Part shown: positions 61,065 to 64,000 of the stretch, piece after piece | Position numbering within the stretch: position 1 is the first letter of the stretch | Layout of the letters: each line of letters begins with the position of its first letter | From: an uncultured Chloroflexia bacterium | GTDB taxonomy: Bacteria; Chloroflexota; Limnocylindria; QHBO01 | Assembly (NCBI GenBank): GCA_963827475.1 | Contig: CAWHAZ010000005.1 | Location: forward strand, 640,001 to 704,000 | DNA: 64,000 bases | Reading direction: 5' to 3' | Position numbers and translations under genes: made by a program | The notes under the pieces: model-generated | Seen by the model: the letters and a program-made list of their open reading frames with translations, nothing else | Database searches by the model: none | What the model was told of the DNA's origin: nothing

Positions 61065-62117
61065 CCTTCCGGCCCGCGACCGACGCCGATCGGGAGGCGT
61101 GGCAGGCCCTGCTCGGCAACGTCCACTCGGGCGACTTCCTCCATGACTGGGGCTGGGCGGATGTGGCGGCTTTCGACGGCCAGCCACAGCGCCGTTTCGT
61201 GGTCGAGGAGGACGGCGTGCTGGTGGCGCTGGCGGCGGCCCAGGTGCGCCCGATCGGCCTCGGCCGGACCTTCTGGTACGTCCCGCACGGCCCCGTGACC
61301 GACTACGCCGCCCCGGGCGCAAGCGAGCGAGTTCGCAGCGTCGTCACCGGCCTGGCGGAGGAGGCGACGGCCGATCGGGCAGTCGCGCTCCGCCTGGAGC
61401 CACGGATCGAAGCCGCCGGTCCGGGCCCGATGATGCTGGACGCGGTCGCCCATCGCGTGGCGGAGCGGCTCCAGGTGGGCCAGACCCGCATCGTGGATCT
61501 CGCCGGCGACGAGGAGCTGCTGGCCGGCTTCGACGCCGACACCCGGTACGGGGTCCGGCGCGCGGCCCGCGAGGAGGTCGTCGCCACCGTGGTGACCGAT
61601 GCGGACGATCGCGCCGCCATCGAGCGGCTCCACGGCCTCGTCCGCGAGACGCAGCGCCGGGCGGGCTTCCGCCTGCCGCCGCTGGAGCGCTACTGGACCG
61701 CATGGCAGGCATTGGCCGGCACGGGACGGGCGTGCCTGGTCGAGGGCCGGCGGGGCGACGAGCTGCTGGCCACGGGCATGCTGGTGGTGGAGGGAGAGCA
61801 GTCGTTCTACCTGTTCGCTGGCTCCCGCCGCGAGCCGCCGGGGGAGACGAAGCGGTACGCCTCGTACGCGGTCCAATGGGCCATGATGGGCGAGGCCCGC
61901 GCCCGCGGCGCCCGCCGCCACGACCTGTGGGGCGTGGCTCCGGCCGAACGCGGGGCCGGATCACCCATGGCACGGGGTCGGGTTGTTCAAGAAGGGCTTC
62001 GGAGGCCGCGAGGTGACCTGGGCCGGCAGCTGGGAGATCGTCATCGACCCGCTCGTCTACCGCCTCCGGTCGGCGGCCGCCCGGCTGCGGCGGCGGAGCC
62101 GGCAGGACGTGCCGTGA
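61061..62117 (+). CDS. FemABX-family peptidoglycan aminoacyltransferase; frameshift near 61945
   Basis: FLH.W.W, YVPHGP, RY.VRRA and DLWGV motifs; the shifted frame gives FKKGFGG and stops at 62117. Confidence 0.85.
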
Positions 62118-63619
62118 CCGAGCGGTCGATGGGCCTGGGCGCGCTCGCCGATGCGATCGCGCCGGAACGGGTGGTCGGCATCCCGACCGGCGAGGTGACC
62201 GGGCTCACCATGCACAGCGGGGACGTCGCCCCCGGAGCGGCCTTCTTCGCGATCCCGGGCCAGGTCCACGACGGCTGGTCGTTCATTCCCGAGGCGGTCG
62301 AACGCGGCGCGCTGGCGGTCGTCGCCGAGCGGGAGACGCCCGACCTCGCCATCCCCCAGCTCATCGTGGCCAACGCCCGCCATGCGGTGGCTGACGCCGC
62401 CGACGCGTGGTTCGGCCGGCCGTCCGAGCAGATGCGGGTCTATGGCGTCACCGGCACCGACGGCAAGTCCACGACCGCCTTCCTCGCCCTCGCCATCCTG
62501 CTCGCGGCCGGCCGCCGGCCGGGCATGGTGGGGACGGTCGACACGCGGGTCGGGGACGTCCAGACCGCCTCGACCAGCCGGACGACGACCCCCGAGGCGC
62601 TCGAGCTGCAGGCGCTCCTGGCCGACATGGTCGAGGCCGGAAACGACTGCGTCGTGGTCGAGGCCACCTCTCACGGCCTGGCCCAGTCCCGGGTCCGGAA
62701 CTGCCGTTTCCAGGTGGGGGTCGTGACCACCATCACCAGCGAGCACCTCGAGTTCCACGGCACGGTCGAGGCGTATCGGGCGGCCAAGGCGATGCTGGTC
62801 GAGGAGGCGCCGGTCGCGGTGCTCAACGCCGACGATCCGAATTTCGACTACCTCCGTCAGCGGGCCGCCGGCACGGTCATCAGCTTCGGGATCGAGAACG
62901 AGGCAGACCTGCGGGCGACCGCCCTCGACCTCGGTCCCCACGGGACCCGCTTCCACGTTGCCGGCCCGCGCTGGGAGGGCGGGGTGACGCTCCAGCTGCC
63001 GGCGCGCTTCAACGTCGCGAACGCGCTGGCCGCCCTCGGGCTGGCCGAGGCGGAGGGACTCGACCCCGCCCAGTCGGCCGCGGCCCTGGCGGAGGTCCCT
63101 GGCGTGCCCGGCCGGATGGAACGGATCGACCTCGGTCAGCCGTTCGGCGTCGTGGTCGACTACGCCCATACCGCCGACTCGCTGGGCAAGGTGCTCCGCG
63201 AGCTCCGCCCGCTGACCGCGGGCCGGCTCGTTGCGCTGTTCGGCTCGGCCGGGGATCGGGATCGCACCAAGCGCGCGCCGATGGGCCGGGTCGCCGCCGA
63301 GCTGGCGGACCTCGTGATCGTGACCGACGAGGACCCTCGGAGCGAGGCGCCGTGGGAGATCAACGAGGAGATCGCCCAGGGGGCGCGCACGGCGGGCGGC
63401 CGGGACCGGGAGACGCTGTGGATCATCGACGACCGCCGGACGGCGATCTCCCATGCCCTGCACCTGGCCGAGGCGGGGGACATGGTCCTGCTCGCCGGCA
63501 AGGGCCACGAGCCGAGCATCATCTACGGCGACGACCGCCGCTGGTGGGACGAGCGCGAGGTCGCCCGCCAGGAGCTGCGCGCGATCGGATACGGGACCGA
63601 TGAGCAACCCACGCCCTGA
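62114..63619 (+). CDS. murE: UDP-MurNAc-dipeptide amino acid ligase MurE
   Basis: GVTGTDGKST, TTP, EATSH, EHL.FH, VPGRME, DYAH, G.RD..KR and LAGKGHE motifs. Confidence 0.93.
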   Translation: MTERSMGLGALADAIAPERVVGIPTGEVTGLTMHSGDVAPGAAFFAIPGQVHDGWSFIPEAVERGALAVVAERETPDLAIPQLIVANARHAVADAADAWFGRPSEQMRVYGVTGTDGKSTTAFLALAILLAAGRRPGMVGTVDTRVGDVQTASTSRTTTPEALELQALLADMVEAGNDCVVVEATSHGLAQSRVRNCRFQVGVVTTITSEHLEFHGTVEAYRAAKAMLVEEAPVAVLNADDPNFDYLRQRAAGTVISFGIENEADLRATALDLGPHGTRFHVAGPRWEGGVTLQLPARFNVANALAALGLAEAEGLDPAQSAAALAEVPGVPGRMERIDLGQPFGVVVDYAHTADSLGKVLRELRPLTAGRLVALFGSAGDRDRTKRAPMGRVAAELADLVIVTDEDPRSEAPWEINEEIAQGARTAGGRDRETLWIIDDRRTAISHALHLAEAGDMVLLAGKGHEPSIIYGDDRRWWDEREVARQELRAIGYGTDEQPTP

Positions 63620-64000
63620 ACCACCAACCCTGACCGCCTGGCCGGTGACCGATGCCGAGGCATGGGACGCCTTCGTGGTCACCGCCGCCCACCGCGCGTT
63701 TCCCCAGCTGTGGGCGTGGGGCGAGCTGCGGGCCGGAGCCGGATGGCGGCCGCTGCGGATCGCCGTCGGCACCCCGGGCGGCCCGCCCCTGGCCGGCGTC
63801 CAGCTCCTCCTGCGCCGCGTGCCGCTCGGCGGATGGGCCCTCGCCTACGCCCCGCGCGGTCCGATCGGCGACCTCGACGATCCCGTGGTCCGCGAGGCGC
63901 TGGTCGACGGGCTCCGGTCGGTGGCGGCGAGCGAGCGGATCGGCCGGATGCGGGCGGATCCCGAGACCGCGCCCGACGAGCCCTACGGTGCCGCGCTCCT
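63600..64000 (+). CDS. Second FemABX-family protein (truncated by the window end)
   Basis: ATG 63600; WDAFV, QLWAWGE, Q.LLR and AYAPRGP motifs. Confidence 0.82.
   Translation, partial: MSNPRPEPPTLTAWPVTDAEAWDAFVVTAAHRAFPQLWAWGELRAGAGWRPLRIAVGTPGGPPLAGVQLLLRRVPLGGWALAYAPRGPIGDLDDPVVREALVDGLRSVAASERIGRMRADPETAPDEPYGAAL

Noticed and set aside
61061-63619. Fem-MurE fusion (852 aa)
   Set aside because: The Fem FKKGFGG motif and stop lie in a shifted frame with a GTGA overlap at 62114, so these are two genes.

Overview
High-GC bacterial chromosomal window, mostly housekeeping genes. Gene content suggests Chloroflexota or a similar terrabacterial lineage; this is inference only. About a dozen apparent single-base frameshifts, including in murI and ftsH, look like long-read assembly errors. 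They create falsely fused ORFs (24888..30452, 19256..21568, 61061..63619). In order, the window holds: FHA-rodA-pbpA; MoxR-DUF58-transglutaminase; rarA; a membrane-anchored SARP/BTAD regulator; a UvrD-PD-(D/E)XK helicase-nuclease; two receiver-CpaE/TadZ genes; murI; ychF; mrfAB-like repair genes under a LexA-like box, running into a TPR-class III cyclase; a GcvT-like/phytoene-dehydrogenase-like pair; ftsB, tRNA(CAU), tilS, ftsH; an operon of a headless DnaB-like ATPase, J-domain protein, HAD, 2H phosphoesterase and SLOG protein; a lower-GC tadE-tadE-tadG cassette with a structured, possibly switchable leader; nfeD-SPFH; and comM-dprA-(Ig/CAP)-topA-xerC-murJ-fem-murE-fem. No CRISPR array, rRNA or IS element was seen. 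The best candidates for new biology are the DnaB-like operon, the tad leader RNA, the repair-cyclase linkage and apparent CTG-start translational coupling.
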